DNA of 64,000 bases from Thermoproteota archaeon (GTDB taxonomy: Archaea; Korarchaeota; Korarchaeia; Korarchaeales; Korarchaeaceae), in assembly GCA_027491435.1 (NCBI GenBank), contig JAOZFG010000035.1, positions 94,393 through 158,392 on the forward strand. Direction: 5' to 3'. Made by a program: the position numbers and the translations under genes. This document shows, in pieces, positions 18,209 to 27,814 of the stretch. Positions within the stretch are counted from its first letter, which is position 1; every line of letters starts with the position of its first letter. The notes under the pieces were generated by a model. The model did not search any database. It saw nothing but the letters and a program-made list of their open reading frames with translations, and was not told the DNA's origin.

Positions 18209-18772
18209 CTACATCCCCTTTATCAGTTTAACGAGTTCCTTTCCTACTTCCCTTCCCCTTCTGGCGGCCTTTATATTCAGGTCTATGAACTGGGGCTTAA
18301 CAAGCATCCTTATCGCTTCTTCTAAGTTTTCAAGCGGAATTATCTCGATGGCCTCGGTAAGGACGCCCAGCATGAACATGTTAGCCACTATTCTATGGCC
18401 TAGCTTTTCAGCCTCATCTGTGGCGGGAACCTTGAATATGAGCCTGGCCTTCCCCTCTACAGGGTCAAAGTACTTGATCATTGAGGAGTCGGCAATTATA
18501 ACGGTCTTTGAGATGTCGTACCTCTTGGAGAACCTGTTCAAAGAGTCCTGATTCATAACGACCCAGAAGTCGGGGGATATCACCTTGGGGTAGTCTATCT
18601 CTTCATCCGAGATAACTACTTCAGACCTAGTGGACCCCAGCCTGGCCTCAGGCCCGTAGGTGTAGGTGGACGCTGCAAAGTAATTGCTGAGCACCGTAGC
18701 TTGAGCTAAGACAGCGCCTGACAGAACTATTCCCTGACCTCCAAAACCGGACAGCATTATTTCAATCCTCAA
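18209..18772 (-). CDS. korC: 2-oxoacid:ferredoxin oxidoreductase gamma subunit
   Basis: SGFGGQG, YGPEARLG, ANMFMLG. Confidence 0.9.
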   Translation of the reverse strand: MRIEIMLSGFGGQGIVLSGAVLAQATVLSNYFAASTYTYGPEARLGSTRSEVVISDEEIDYPKVISPDFWVVMNQDSLNRFSKRYDISKTVIIADSSMIKYFDPVEGKARLIFKVPATDEAEKLGHRIVANMFMLGVLTEAIEIIPLENLEEAIRMLVKPQFIDLNIKAARRGREVGKELVKLIKGM

Positions 18773-19106
18773 GCCACCACACCCCCTCCTTCACTATCCT
18801 GTCCCTCTCCTCTACTCTAGGAAGCCAGGGCTTCTCGTACTTCTCCTCCACCTCCTTCAGCATCTTCTCCTCTTCCTCGTCTATTATCACCTGTATGGCG
18901 AAGTCAGGACAGTAGAACTCGCACAGGCGGCACCTCCTGCACTGATCCAGCCTCACGGCGACGGGCTTCTTCACTCCCCTCCAGTTTCTCTCCTTAGAGA
19001 TCTCGAAAACGTCCCAAGGACAGGCCCAGATGCAGAGGTAGCATCCTTTACACAGCTTGTCGCTGACTATGATATCTTTTACGCCAACTCCCGGCTTCAT
19101 GTACAT
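18762..19106 (-). CDS. korD: 2-oxoacid:ferredoxin oxidoreductase delta (2x[4Fe-4S]) subunit
   Basis: CKGCYLCIWACP and CRRCRLCEFYCPD. Confidence 0.9.
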   Translation of the reverse strand: MYMKPGVGVKDIIVSDKLCKGCYLCIWACPWDVFEISKERNWRGVKKPVAVRLDQCRRCRLCEFYCPDFAIQVIIDEEEEKMLKEVEEKYEKPWLPRVEERDRIVKEGVWWLED

Positions 19107-19110
19107 GAGA

Positions 19111-19965
19111 TCACCTCCCACCCTTCTTCTGAGCCTTCTCGATTATCTTGTAGACTTGCTCGGTGTACTCGGGCCTGTCAGTTCTGTGTAGGAACTCTCC
19201 CACTACTATCTTGCCCTGAAGCTCCTCGGGGCTCATGGTCTTGGCCTTCCCTAGGGGGACTGAGACCTCCTTGAACCAGTCCATCATGTCCCTGGGGTCG
19301 GGCTTGCCTAATATGTACCTGCCAGCGTAAGTGGGGCACTGGAAGACTATCTCTATTGCCGCGAACCCCTTGTGCTTTATAGCCTTCTTTATGCTGTTCT
19401 TAGCTTGCACGAAATGGTAGGTCGTCCACCTGGCTAGATAGGTAGCTCCAGCAGCTTCGAGTAACTTCATCAGGTCGAAGTTAGGCTCTATATTCCCGTA
19501 GGGTGTAGTGTTTGTCCTAGCCCCTTGAGGAGTGGTTGGTGACATTTGCCCTCCGGTGAGCGAGTAAAGCATGTTAGTCGCTATTATGGCGGTGAGGTCC
19601 ACGTTTCTCCTAGCGGCGTGTATTAAGTGGTTCCCACCTATGCCCATGCTGTCCCCGTCTCCCATCACGACTATTACGTTAAGATCTGGTTTAGACAGCT
19701 TCAGCGCTGTAGCGAAGGCTAGAGCTCTGCCGTGAAGCGTGTGAGCGGCGTCCCTTCTGAAGTAGAGGGGAACCCACCCTGAGCAGCCTATGCCCGATAC
19801 GAAGGCAGTTCTCTTCCACTCCTCCTCTCCTAGCTCCTCGAAAGCCATCAGGATCATTCTTTCTATTATTCCTAGCCCACAGCCTGGACAAAAGGCGTGG
19901 GGCATTATCTCGGTTCTCATATACTTCTTAGCAAGATAATGCTCGAAATCCCTCTCAGAGAACAT
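19111..19965 (-). CDS. korB: 2-oxoacid:ferredoxin oxidoreductase beta subunit
   Basis: FCPGCG, SGIGCS, HGRA, GDGD TPP motif, TGGQMSPT. Confidence 0.93.
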   Translation of the reverse strand: MFSERDFEHYLAKKYMRTEIMPHAFCPGCGLGIIERMILMAFEELGEEEWKRTAFVSGIGCSGWVPLYFRRDAAHTLHGRALAFATALKLSKPDLNVIVVMGDGDSMGIGGNHLIHAARRNVDLTAIIATNMLYSLTGGQMSPTTPQGARTNTTPYGNIEPNFDLMKLLEAAGATYLARWTTYHFVQAKNSIKKAIKHKGFAAIEIVFQCPTYAGRYILGKPDPRDMMDWFKEVSVPLGKAKTMSPEELQGKIVVGEFLHRTDRPEYTEQVYKIIEKAQKKGGR

Positions 19966-19969
19966 GAGA

Positions 19970-21121
19970 TCACCTCGCCACCCTCTTTATAGCTGCTAGC
20001 ACCTCATCAGGGTGGTGTAGTAGTCCTCCCACCTTGGTCAAGGACATCACCTCGGCCATGCCCTTTGAGGCCCTCTCCACTTCCCTCACCATCTTGCCCA
20101 TGTTCATCTCCGGAACCACTATTGCCTTCACTTGAGAGGCCACTTCTTGAACTTTCTTATCGTAGAACGGCCATAGCGTGATCAGTTTTAACATTCCTGC
20201 CTTGATGCCGAGCTTTCTGGCCTCCCTAACCGCCCTCAATGAGGTCCTAGCCGACGAACCGTATGAGATCACAGCTACCTCGGCGTCGTCCAACATGTAC
20301 TCCTCATACATGGATATCTTGTCCACATTCTTCTCTATCTTGTACCAGAGCCTCCTAATGGTCCTGTTAGCAGCTGCGTGATCAGTGCCTATCCTATGGC
20401 CGAATTCGTCGTGCATGACGCTCTCCACCAGGACGTTGTAGCCGTCTCCGAAGGCGGGCATGGGGGTAACCCACTCACCAGGCTTCTTAGGCAGATAGGG
20501 GATGTACTGCTCGGGGGGCACGTCGGGCTTCTTCCTCTCTACAACCTCTATCTCCTCCAGAGGAGGCACCTTAACCGGTTCCCTAACATGTGCGATAACC
20601 TCATCGGCCAGAATGATGACGGGATTCCTGTAGGTCTCAGACAGGTTAAACGCCTTAATCGTAAGGTCGAACACTTCCTGAACGCTTGAGGGAGCCAGCA
20701 CTATTGAGGCGTAATCTCCATGGCTCCCCCACCTGGCCTGCATTACGTCTCCCTGCGAGGGAAGGGTAACCAGACCTGTGGAGGGCCCTCCCCTTTGGAC
20801 GTTCACTAGAACCAGGGGAGTTTCGGTTATTATGGCATAACCTAGGCCTTCCTGCATCAAGGAGAAACCTGGACCGCTAGTTGCGGTCATAGATTTCCTT
20901 CCGCCCCACGAGGCGCCTATGACGGCGAGGATGGATCCGAGCTCATCCTCCATCTGGATGAAAATGCCGCCAACCTGAGGGAGTCTGTAAGACATCCTCT
21001 CAGCAATTTCCGTAGCCGGAGTGATGGGGTACCCGGCAAAAAATCGGCAACCGGCAATTATTGCGCCCTCTACGACGGCTTCATCTCCCTGCATCAGGTG
21101 GACGCCGGGCTCAAGGGACAA
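19970..21121 (-). CDS. korA: 2-oxoacid:ferredoxin oxidoreductase alpha subunit
   Basis: GYPITP, QMEDE, TATSGPG, QRGGPSTG, EMNMG. Confidence 0.93.
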   Translation of the reverse strand: MSLEPGVHLMQGDEAVVEGAIIAGCRFFAGYPITPATEIAERMSYRLPQVGGIFIQMEDELGSILAVIGASWGGRKSMTATSGPGFSLMQEGLGYAIITETPLVLVNVQRGGPSTGLVTLPSQGDVMQARWGSHGDYASIVLAPSSVQEVFDLTIKAFNLSETYRNPVIILADEVIAHVREPVKVPPLEEIEVVERKKPDVPPEQYIPYLPKKPGEWVTPMPAFGDGYNVLVESVMHDEFGHRIGTDHAAANRTIRRLWYKIEKNVDKISMYEEYMLDDAEVAVISYGSSARTSLRAVREARKLGIKAGMLKLITLWPFYDKKVQEVASQVKAIVVPEMNMGKMVREVERASKGMAEVMSLTKVGGLLHHPDEVLAAIKRVAR

Positions 21122-21154
21122 CTTTCACACCGGCCTTTTCTCCCCCCAAGGTTA

Positions 21155-21661
21155 CTAAAAATGTTTTCTGGATTTTGATTTAAGCAGCCTCCCCTCCTCG
21201 TCTATCTCCCCATACCTTATGCGAGAGGACTTTAGGGGCCTCCCGTCCTCGGCCTTCACCAAGGGGACTACCACTATTATGAGCTCCTTCAACCCCTTCT
21301 TCTCCCTCTCCTCGTTTATTAGCAGGGCCCTCTCATAAGTCTCAGGAGTTACCACTATTATCTCAGCGTCTTCATCCTCGCTGGCCGGTCCTATTGGGTC
21401 TACTATCCTTACCACGTGAAAATTGACGTTCTTTTTCCTCAGAAAATCTTCAAGCCTCTTCTTCCTCTCCTCGTAGGAGAGAATGAGCTCATTTAGGGGC
21501 TTGCCTGTGAGCAGAGGGCCGTCAGCCAGTCCGATTAGTAAGTCCTCCGCCAAGTAGGAGGCGACCTCCAACAAGCGCCTGTGCCCTTTATGGAGCCTGT
21601 CGAAGGCCCCTCCAACTATAGCTCTCTTAAAAGGCTTCTTATACGGTTTATGGCCTCCCAA
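21155..21661 (-). CDS. coaD: Archaeal phosphopantetheine adenylyltransferase
   Basis: GGAFDRLHKGH, VTPET, KSSRIR.GEID. Confidence 0.85.
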   Translation of the reverse strand: MGGHKPYKKPFKRAIVGGAFDRLHKGHRRLLEVASYLAEDLLIGLADGPLLTGKPLNELILSYEERKKRLEDFLRKKNVNFHVVRIVDPIGPASEDEDAEIIVVTPETYERALLINEEREKKGLKELIIVVVPLVKAEDGRPLKSSRIRYGEIDEEGRLLKSKSRKHF

Positions 21662-22260
21662 CGTCCAACTACCTCCGCACCTGACTTGACCAGGGAAGGG
21701 TCGGGTTCCTTAGCGGCTATGTATATTACTTTAACCCCTATAGAGGTTGCCTCTTTTGCTAATTCCTGGTCGGCCGTGACCAGTAGTAATTTACCGCTCA
21801 CCTCCTCTACCACGTCTCCTACGGAGATTTCCTCTCCTATCCAGGCCCTGTCCACCAGGTGGAATAGTCCCAGCCTTATCACCTTCTCCCACTCCTTGAC
21901 AGGGGGCCCTTTAGATATCACACCTACCTTCACTCCCATATCCCTAGCCTGCAATATCAGATCCACGACTCCAGGCATGGGCTTGAGCAGAGCCCTCTTA
22001 ACGTCGTGGTAGGCGACCACTCCTGCGGCTATCACGCCGAAGTCCTCCTTCAGCCCTAGCCTCTTCATCATCTCATTGAAGTGGTAGGGGTAGTCCTCGC
22101 CCTTCTCCTTGACCACCTTTTCTAGGGTCTCTAGAGCCACCTCCTCGTCTATCGGCAGCCCCACATCCCTCATAGCCCTAACAGCCAGCTCCCTAGCCAC
22201 CGACTTAAGGTAAGAGGAGTCATAAAGGACGTCATCAACGTCTAAGAGTAACCACCTCAC
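21616..22260 (-). CDS. HAD-superfamily hydrolase, TIGR02253-like (degenerate)
   Basis: DVDDVLYD motif I and AAGVVAYH cap motif. Confidence 0.75.
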   Translation of the reverse strand: MRWLLLDVDDVLYDSSYLKSVARELAVRAMRDVGLPIDEEVALETLEKVVKEKGEDYPYHFNEMMKRLGLKEDFGVIAAGVVAYHDVKRALLKPMPGVVDLILQARDMGVKVGVISKGPPVKEWEKVIRLGLFHLVDRAWIGEEISVGDVVEEVSGKLLLVTADQELAKEATSIGVKVIYIAAKEPDPSLVKSGAEVVGRWEAINRIRSLLREL

Positions 22261-23264
22261 TCTGTAACCACCTTCCCCAACTTCTCAGGTTTGTCGGGGT
22301 CCAACCCCCTCTTAACAGATACGTGATAGGCAAGAAGCTGAAGGGGCACGATCATAACTATTGGGCTTAGCTCACCTAAGTCGGGAGCGGGGAGGTCGCC
22401 CCCTTGACCTACTCTTATTACTGGGGCCCCGTAAGAGGAGACCTTCCTTAACACCTCACCTATGCTCCTCCAGTCGACGGCTATAACTGGAGTTTTCTCG
22501 TTAACCAGCTGTATTGGTCCATGTAGAAACTCCCTGGCCGCAAATCCCGTGTAGTAGAAGTTACAAGTCTCCCTCAGCTTGAGGGCCGCTTCTAGGGCCG
22601 TGGGGTAGTTGGCGCCCTTTCCTAGCACGAACCCGAATTCTCGATCCTTGATGAACTCGGATATAGGCTCAACGTGCCCAGAAGTGCCCTCTATAACCTC
22701 CCTAACCACTCTTGGTATGGATCTGAGCTTTTTCATCAACTCTTCATCCTTAGACAGCTTCACAGACAGCATGTATGCTGCCGCCAACTGAGTGGTGTAG
22801 CTCTTAGTCGCCGCCACAGCTCGCTCCACTCCGGCCTTTGTGAAAATTACCTGATCGCTTACCCTAGCCAAGGTGCTCCCCTCCGTGTTAGTTATCGCAA
22901 TAACTGGGCAATCGTCGCAGACCTTCCTGAACGATTCCACAGCTATTAGCACGTCTTTACTCTCTCCACTCTGGGAGAACGCTATTAAGGAGGAATTCTC
23001 GGCCCTGCTGGGCATCCAGTTGGGTAACTCGGAGGCCTGAATTGCGGTGGCCCTCTTACCCGAGATCCTCATCAGAGCCCTTTGCAACACCAGAGAGGCA
23101 TGATAGCTAGTTCCGCTACCAGTCACGTATATGAACCTCTCGTCCAGAAGTTCCGAAGCCCTCTCCACGGACCCCTCTGACTCCCTTATCGTCTTATCTA
23201 TGGCTTCAGGCTGCTCCATTATCTCTTGAAACATGTACTGCCCTGGCGCCTTCCCACCTACCAT
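22257..23264 (-). CDS. SIS-domain sugar isomerase (GlmS C-terminal / glucosamine-6-phosphate deaminase-like)
   Basis: EIMEQP, GSGTSYH, SQSGES, ATKSY, ALKLRE, HGP, DPDKPEKLGKVV; no glutaminase domain. Confidence 0.88.
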   Translation of the reverse strand: MVGGKAPGQYMFQEIMEQPEAIDKTIRESEGSVERASELLDERFIYVTGSGTSYHASLVLQRALMRISGKRATAIQASELPNWMPSRAENSSLIAFSQSGESKDVLIAVESFRKVCDDCPVIAITNTEGSTLARVSDQVIFTKAGVERAVAATKSYTTQLAAAYMLSVKLSKDEELMKKLRSIPRVVREVIEGTSGHVEPISEFIKDREFGFVLGKGANYPTALEAALKLRETCNFYYTGFAAREFLHGPIQLVNEKTPVIAVDWRSIGEVLRKVSSYGAPVIRVGQGGDLPAPDLGELSPIVMIVPLQLLAYHVSVKRGLDPDKPEKLGKVVTE

Positions 23265-23327
23265 AAGACCCGTGCCTCAGGACGCATCTATTATTTATCC
23301 GTAACCGCCCATATTACAGGTGATGCC

Positions 23328-24410
23328 ATGGACGAGGAATCCATATACTTCTTCGGAAAGCTCTCAGAGGCTTTTGGACCTTCTGGATTTGAAGATGAAG
23401 TCTTAAACCTCCTCAAAAGCAGGTATTCTCAGTATGCAGACAGGGTAGTTAGCGACAACCTCGGATCCCTCATATTCGTCAAGAGAGGAACGAGCGATGA
23501 GCCCAAGGTTATGGTCTCCGGGCACGTTGATGAGGTAGGTTTCATAGTGACTAGCGTGGATGATAAGGGCTTCCTTAAGTTCGAAACCCTCGGAGGCTGG
23601 GTTCCCACGACCCTGCCAGCCCATAGGGTGATAGTTAGGGGGAAGAAGGGGGATCACATAGGGGTTATAACCAGCAAGCCCCCACACCTGATGTCCCCTG
23701 AGGAGAGGAAGAAGCCCTTGGAGATAAAGGACCTCTACGTGGATGTTGGGGCCAAGAGCAAGGACGATTTGAAGGAAATGGGCATAAGGATAGGCGATCC
23801 CATGGCCCCGCTGGCCAAGTTCGAGGTCCTCAGGGATGGTAAAGTGTGGCTGGGCAAGGCCTTCGACGATAGGATAGGGGCCTTCATAGGCCTTGAAGTT
23901 CTGAAGGCCTTGAAGGAGGAGGGAATAGCTCACCCTAACACCTATTACGCTGCTGCGACTGTGCAGGAGGAAGTAGGCCTCAGGGGGGCTGAGACAGCGG
24001 CAGACGTGGTTGATCCAGACGTCTTCATAGCCCTTGAAGTCGACATCGCCGGAGACTCCCCGGGAGTACAGCCCTATGAGGCCCCAGCGAAGATGTGTGA
24101 AGGCGTTTCCATACTCACCTGGGACAGGTCCATGATACCCAACAGGAAGTTGAAGGAATTCGTCATAGAGGTGGCTGAGGAAGAGGGGATAAAGTACCAA
24201 CTCTCAGCCGTCAGGGGAGGAACTGACGCTGGTAGGGTCCATTTGCACAAGAGAGGCGTTCCATCTATAGTTTTAGGAGTTCCAACCAGGCACATACATT
24301 CTCACAGCTCTATACTTTGTCCTAGCGACGTTGAGGAGGCGATAAAGCTGATGAAGGCCCTGTTAAAGAGGCTGGACGCTGAGACCGTCAGGGGGTTCAC
24401 CGTCAGATGA
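23328..24410 (+). CDS. M42 family (TET) aminopeptidase
   Basis: GPSGFE, HVDEVG, KAFDDR, QEEVGLRGA, GGTDAG, RHIHS; RBS AGGTGA. Confidence 0.93.
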   Translation: MDEESIYFFGKLSEAFGPSGFEDEVLNLLKSRYSQYADRVVSDNLGSLIFVKRGTSDEPKVMVSGHVDEVGFIVTSVDDKGFLKFETLGGWVPTTLPAHRVIVRGKKGDHIGVITSKPPHLMSPEERKKPLEIKDLYVDVGAKSKDDLKEMGIRIGDPMAPLAKFEVLRDGKVWLGKAFDDRIGAFIGLEVLKALKEEGIAHPNTYYAAATVQEEVGLRGAETAADVVDPDVFIALEVDIAGDSPGVQPYEAPAKMCEGVSILTWDRSMIPNRKLKEFVIEVAEEEGIKYQLSAVRGGTDAGRVHLHKRGVPSIVLGVPTRHIHSHSSILCPSDVEEAIKLMKALLKRLDAETVRGFTVR

Positions 24411-25813
24411 AGGAGCTTGAGCTTACTCAACCTATTTCTTGGCTTGACGGCGTTGATCCCAGGACTGGCAGGATAATTCAGGAGGGACATCCCCAGAGGG
24501 GGCAGTCCATAGCTGGCAAGGTCCTGAGGATTCCCCACTCCTCAGGGTCCACGGTAGGGGCCTACATATTTTTCGCTTTGAAGGAGTACGGGACAGCCCC
24601 GGCCAAGATAATACTGAAGAAGGCTGACAGCGTGACCATTTCAGCTGAATTAGCTGGCATTCCCGTGGAGATAGAGGGGGGCAAGGAGGTCAGGCTCGAT
24701 GCTGAAGTCCCCGAGGAGTTCAAGAGATTCCTTGAGAGGGAGGCCTCCATAGTCGGAGCTGAGGAGTTCGTTAGAGTGAGATCCGTTCACGTCAGCGGGG
24801 TGTCTTACGCCACCATCGGGGATTGGGGGAGGAAGTGGTTATCTAGGATAAGCGAGAGGGCTAAGGCCAAGGTGATTGCCACTTCCAATCCAGCCGGAAT
24901 GGACATCTTGAATTGGAGGGAAATGGGGGTTCCAGAGGACTTCTCTAGGGGCCAGCTGGAGATAGTTGAATACCTGACGAGGATGGGGGTGATGCCCTCC
25001 CTGACCTGCACCCCATATTTAGCGGGCAACCTTCCCAGGAGGGGAGATCACATATCGTGGGGGGAGTCCAGCGCCGTTGCCTTCGCTAACAGCGTAATCG
25101 GCGCGAGGACCAATAGGGAGGGAGGGGTGAAGACTATAGTGGCGGCCGTAACTGGATTAACTCCCAAGTACGGGATGCATTTGGATGAGAACAGGTTACC
25201 CAACTTGAGGGTTGAGGTTAGCTCCGAGGGATGGAGCTACCTGGATTACACGCTACTTGGATACCTTACAGGAGAAGAGAGCCCGTCTAGCGTCCCTTGT
25301 TACACGATAACAGGGGAGCTAGATGATATAAAGGGTTTAGGGGCAGGAGGCGCTGCCTCCGGATCAATAGAGATGTTTCACTTGGGCTCCTGTCCAGTAG
25401 GCAGGACGCTGAGGTTCTCTCAAAAGGACTTGGAGGAGCTCAGGGAGAGGATGAGCTCCTTCGATGGCGGAACCGACCTCGTGGTAATAGGATGTCCTCA
25501 CCTGTCCCTAAACCAGTTGAGGGAGATCTCCCTCAACCTACTGGGCAGAAAGGCGAAAGTGCCCTTCTGGTTGTACACCTCAAGGGCCGCTTTAGCCCAA
25601 CTTCCCAGGTCCACTTTAGCCTCTCTGGAGAGGGCAGGCGTGAAAGTCTGGGCCGACACGTGCATGGTCGTCTCTCCTCTGGAAAGGATGGGCATCAGGA
25701 AGGTGACCACAAACTCAGCGAAGGCGGCCAAATACTTGAGAAGTCTGAGGGGTTTAGACGTGGAGCTGTTGAGAATTAAAGAAATTGTAGAGAGGTACAC
25801 TAGTCCAGCTTGA
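24407..25813 (+). CDS. Fused aconitase X (swivel + catalytic domains), probable phosphomevalonate dehydratase
   Basis: N-terminal GVDP.TG and GSTVG (swivel); then HVSGVSY, TCTPY, WGESSA, GCPH and DTCMV. Confidence 0.85.
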   Translation: MKELELTQPISWLDGVDPRTGRIIQEGHPQRGQSIAGKVLRIPHSSGSTVGAYIFFALKEYGTAPAKIILKKADSVTISAELAGIPVEIEGGKEVRLDAEVPEEFKRFLEREASIVGAEEFVRVRSVHVSGVSYATIGDWGRKWLSRISERAKAKVIATSNPAGMDILNWREMGVPEDFSRGQLEIVEYLTRMGVMPSLTCTPYLAGNLPRRGDHISWGESSAVAFANSVIGARTNREGGVKTIVAAVTGLTPKYGMHLDENRLPNLRVEVSSEGWSYLDYTLLGYLTGEESPSSVPCYTITGELDDIKGLGAGGAASGSIEMFHLGSCPVGRTLRFSQKDLEELRERMSSFDGGTDLVVIGCPHLSLNQLREISLNLLGRKAKVPFWLYTSRAALAQLPRSTLASLERAGVKVWADTCMVVSPLERMGIRKVTTNSAKAAKYLRSLRGLDVELLRIKEIVERYTSPA

Positions 25814-27095
25814 GGACTTGCTTGTACCCCTCTAGGTCGAGGAGACCATGTCCTGAGTAGTTAAATAGGATCACCTTCTCTTTACCATCTTCTTTAGCTT
25901 TTAAGGCCTCATCTATGGCTGCCTTTACGGCATGAGCTGTCTCAGGAGCTGGTATTAGCCCCTCAACTTTAGCAAAAAGCGATGCTGCCTTGAAGACGTC
26001 CTCCTGCGGGTAAGCCACTGATCTTATCACCCCCTTGTTCTTCAGCAGGCTGACGGTGGGGGCCGCTCCGTGGTACCTGAGCCCGCCCGCGTGTATGGGC
26101 GGAGGAACGAACTTATGGCCTAAGGTGTACATTTTTATCAAGGGGGTCGTCTCGGCCGTGTCCCCGAAGTCGTACCTGTATTCCCCGTTGGTAAGGGAAG
26201 GTGAAGCTGTGGGCTCCACCGCTACCACATCGTAGTTATCCCTGCCCTCAAGTATGTCCCTTATGAACGGGAAGACTAGCCCGGCGAAGTTGCTACCCCC
26301 TCCCACGCTTCCTATTAGGACGTCTGGCTTTTCGTCAATTGCTTCCATCTGCTTCTTAGCCTCAATCCCTATGACGGTCTGATGGAGTAAGACGTGATTC
26401 AGCACACTGCCCAGAGCGTACTTAGTCTTCTCGTCCTTTAACGCTGCCTCTATGGCTTCGCTTATCGCTATCCCCAGGGATCCCGGGTGTTCTGGATCCT
26501 CTTTTAAGAACTTCCTACCTACCTCAGTTAGCTCGCTGGGAGAGGGGACTACGTTAGCCCCGTAGAGCTTCATCACGTACTTCCTGTAGGGCTTCTGCAT
26601 GTAGGATACCCTGACCATGAAGACTAAGGCTTCAAGCCCGTTCATGGCCGTGGCGTAAGAGAGGGCGCTTCCCCACTGACCAGCTCCCGTCTCGGTGGTC
26701 AGCCTCTCCAGCCCCTCTTTAGAAGCGTAGTAGGCCTGAGCCAGCGCTGTGTTTAGCTTGTGGCTCCCGGTAGGGGACAAATCCTCCCTCTTGAAGTATA
26801 TCTTTGCTGGCGTTCTCAGGTACTCCTCCAACCTCTTAGCCCTATACAAGGGAGTTGGCCTGCCTATTCTTAAGTAAAGCTCCCTTAGCTCGTCAGGTAT
26901 TCTGATCTCCTTCTCTTTTGAGAACTCTTGGTCAACGCACTCCTTCACGAAGAGGGGGTAGAATGCCTCGGGTCCTAATGGCTCCTTGGTAGCGGGGTGC
27001 AACGGGGGCGGCAGGTCAGGCAGGTCAGCCACGATATTGTACCAGAACCTGGGAACTTCATCCTTTGGAAGGTCCACTCTGAGGGCTCCGGTCAT
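25800..27095 (-). CDS. trpB2: Tryptophan synthase beta chain, TrpB2 type
   Basis: SPTGSHK PLP lysine, [27 protein letters not shown]; WYNI N-terminus. Confidence 0.95.
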   Translation of the reverse strand: MTGALRVDLPKDEVPRFWYNIVADLPDLPPPLHPATKEPLGPEAFYPLFVKECVDQEFSKEKEIRIPDELRELYLRIGRPTPLYRAKRLEEYLRTPAKIYFKREDLSPTGSHKLNTALAQAYYASKEGLERLTTETGAGQWGSALSYATAMNGLEALVFMVRVSYMQKPYRKYVMKLYGANVVPSPSELTEVGRKFLKEDPEHPGSLGIAISEAIEAALKDEKTKYALGSVLNHVLLHQTVIGIEAKKQMEAIDEKPDVLIGSVGGGSNFAGLVFPFIRDILEGRDNYDVVAVEPTASPSLTNGEYRYDFGDTAETTPLIKMYTLGHKFVPPPIHAGGLRYHGAAPTVSLLKNKGVIRSVAYPQEDVFKAASLFAKVEGLIPAPETAHAVKAAIDEALKAKEDGKEKVILFNYSGHGLLDLEGYKQVLKLD

Positions 27096-27290
27096 AGGAC
27101 CACCTCCAGACGCTTCAAAGTCGACAGCTGCCCTTCTCCTGAAGGAGAGTTTGCTGCGGTCGTCCTAGGCTCCTTAAAGAGTAGGGCCTGCATCAGGGAG
27201 AGGAGCTCAGGCAGAAAGCCAAACTAGATCCCCCACATAGGACACCTCCTGGGTGCGTTGCACTACGCACCTCTGTTTTCTTTAAAAAGT
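27096..27290 (-). promoter_or_regulatory. trpB2 leader: TATA box, palindrome, Met-Trp minigene and anti-RBS element
   Basis: TTTTTAAA (27281-27288); GGTGCGT-N6-ACGCACC (27252-27271); AGGAGGTG RBS (27243-27250); TAGGACGACC (27158-27167) complementary to the trpB2 RBS/start. Confidence 0.65.
27224..27238 (-). CDS. Leader minigene M-W-G-I-stop
   Basis: AGGAGGTG-tcct-ATG TGG GGG ATC TAG, 128 nt upstream of trpB2. Confidence 0.6.
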   Translation of the reverse strand: MWGI

Positions 27291-27377
27291 TTGCGTTCAG
27301 GCTGTTTAGCATTCCTTAAAATAAGGAATACGAACTATACTGTTAACTATTTTTACTATAAGTAGTGAGTAGGGATT

Positions 27378-27641
27378 TTAGTACTCCTCCCCTTCCTCTC
27401 CCCAGAACTCCTCGGTCTCCCACTCCATCTCTTCTTCCTCTTCCCAGATGTCCTCGTCTTCCCTCCAGGCCTCGTCTTCGATGCCTTCCTCTAAGAGGAT
27501 AACTTCCTTAACCTCTCCTCCCTCGATGGTCACCTCGAGCAGAGCTCCGCACTTTGGGCACTGAACTTCCCCCTCGAATTCATCCTCATCGAGGAAGAAC
27601 TCGTAACCGCATGACGGGCAGGTTATCTCCGGCACTGTCAA
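27378..27641 (-). CDS. LysW-like zinc-ribbon protein with an extended acidic, Trp-studded tail
   Basis: CPSCG...CPKCGALLEV pattern as in LysW; C-terminus EEFWGEEGEEY. Confidence 0.75.
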   Translation of the reverse strand: MTVPEITCPSCGYEFFLDEDEFEGEVQCPKCGALLEVTIEGGEVKEVILLEEGIEDEAWREDEDIWEEEEEMEWETEEFWGEEGEEY

Positions 27642-27814
27642 CCCCGGGATGCTGAGGAGCCACCCATATATAAGCTTTCGTGAAGGGTTAGCTCTCTCTG
27701 AGGGTCTTTGTAAAGATGTAGGGGGCCCTTAAGACCATGTCGGGGACGCAACGATTATATCTGGAGTAACTCTCTGTCCATTGGCGTCCGGCGGGAGGGC
27801 AGGGATCTGCAGAG

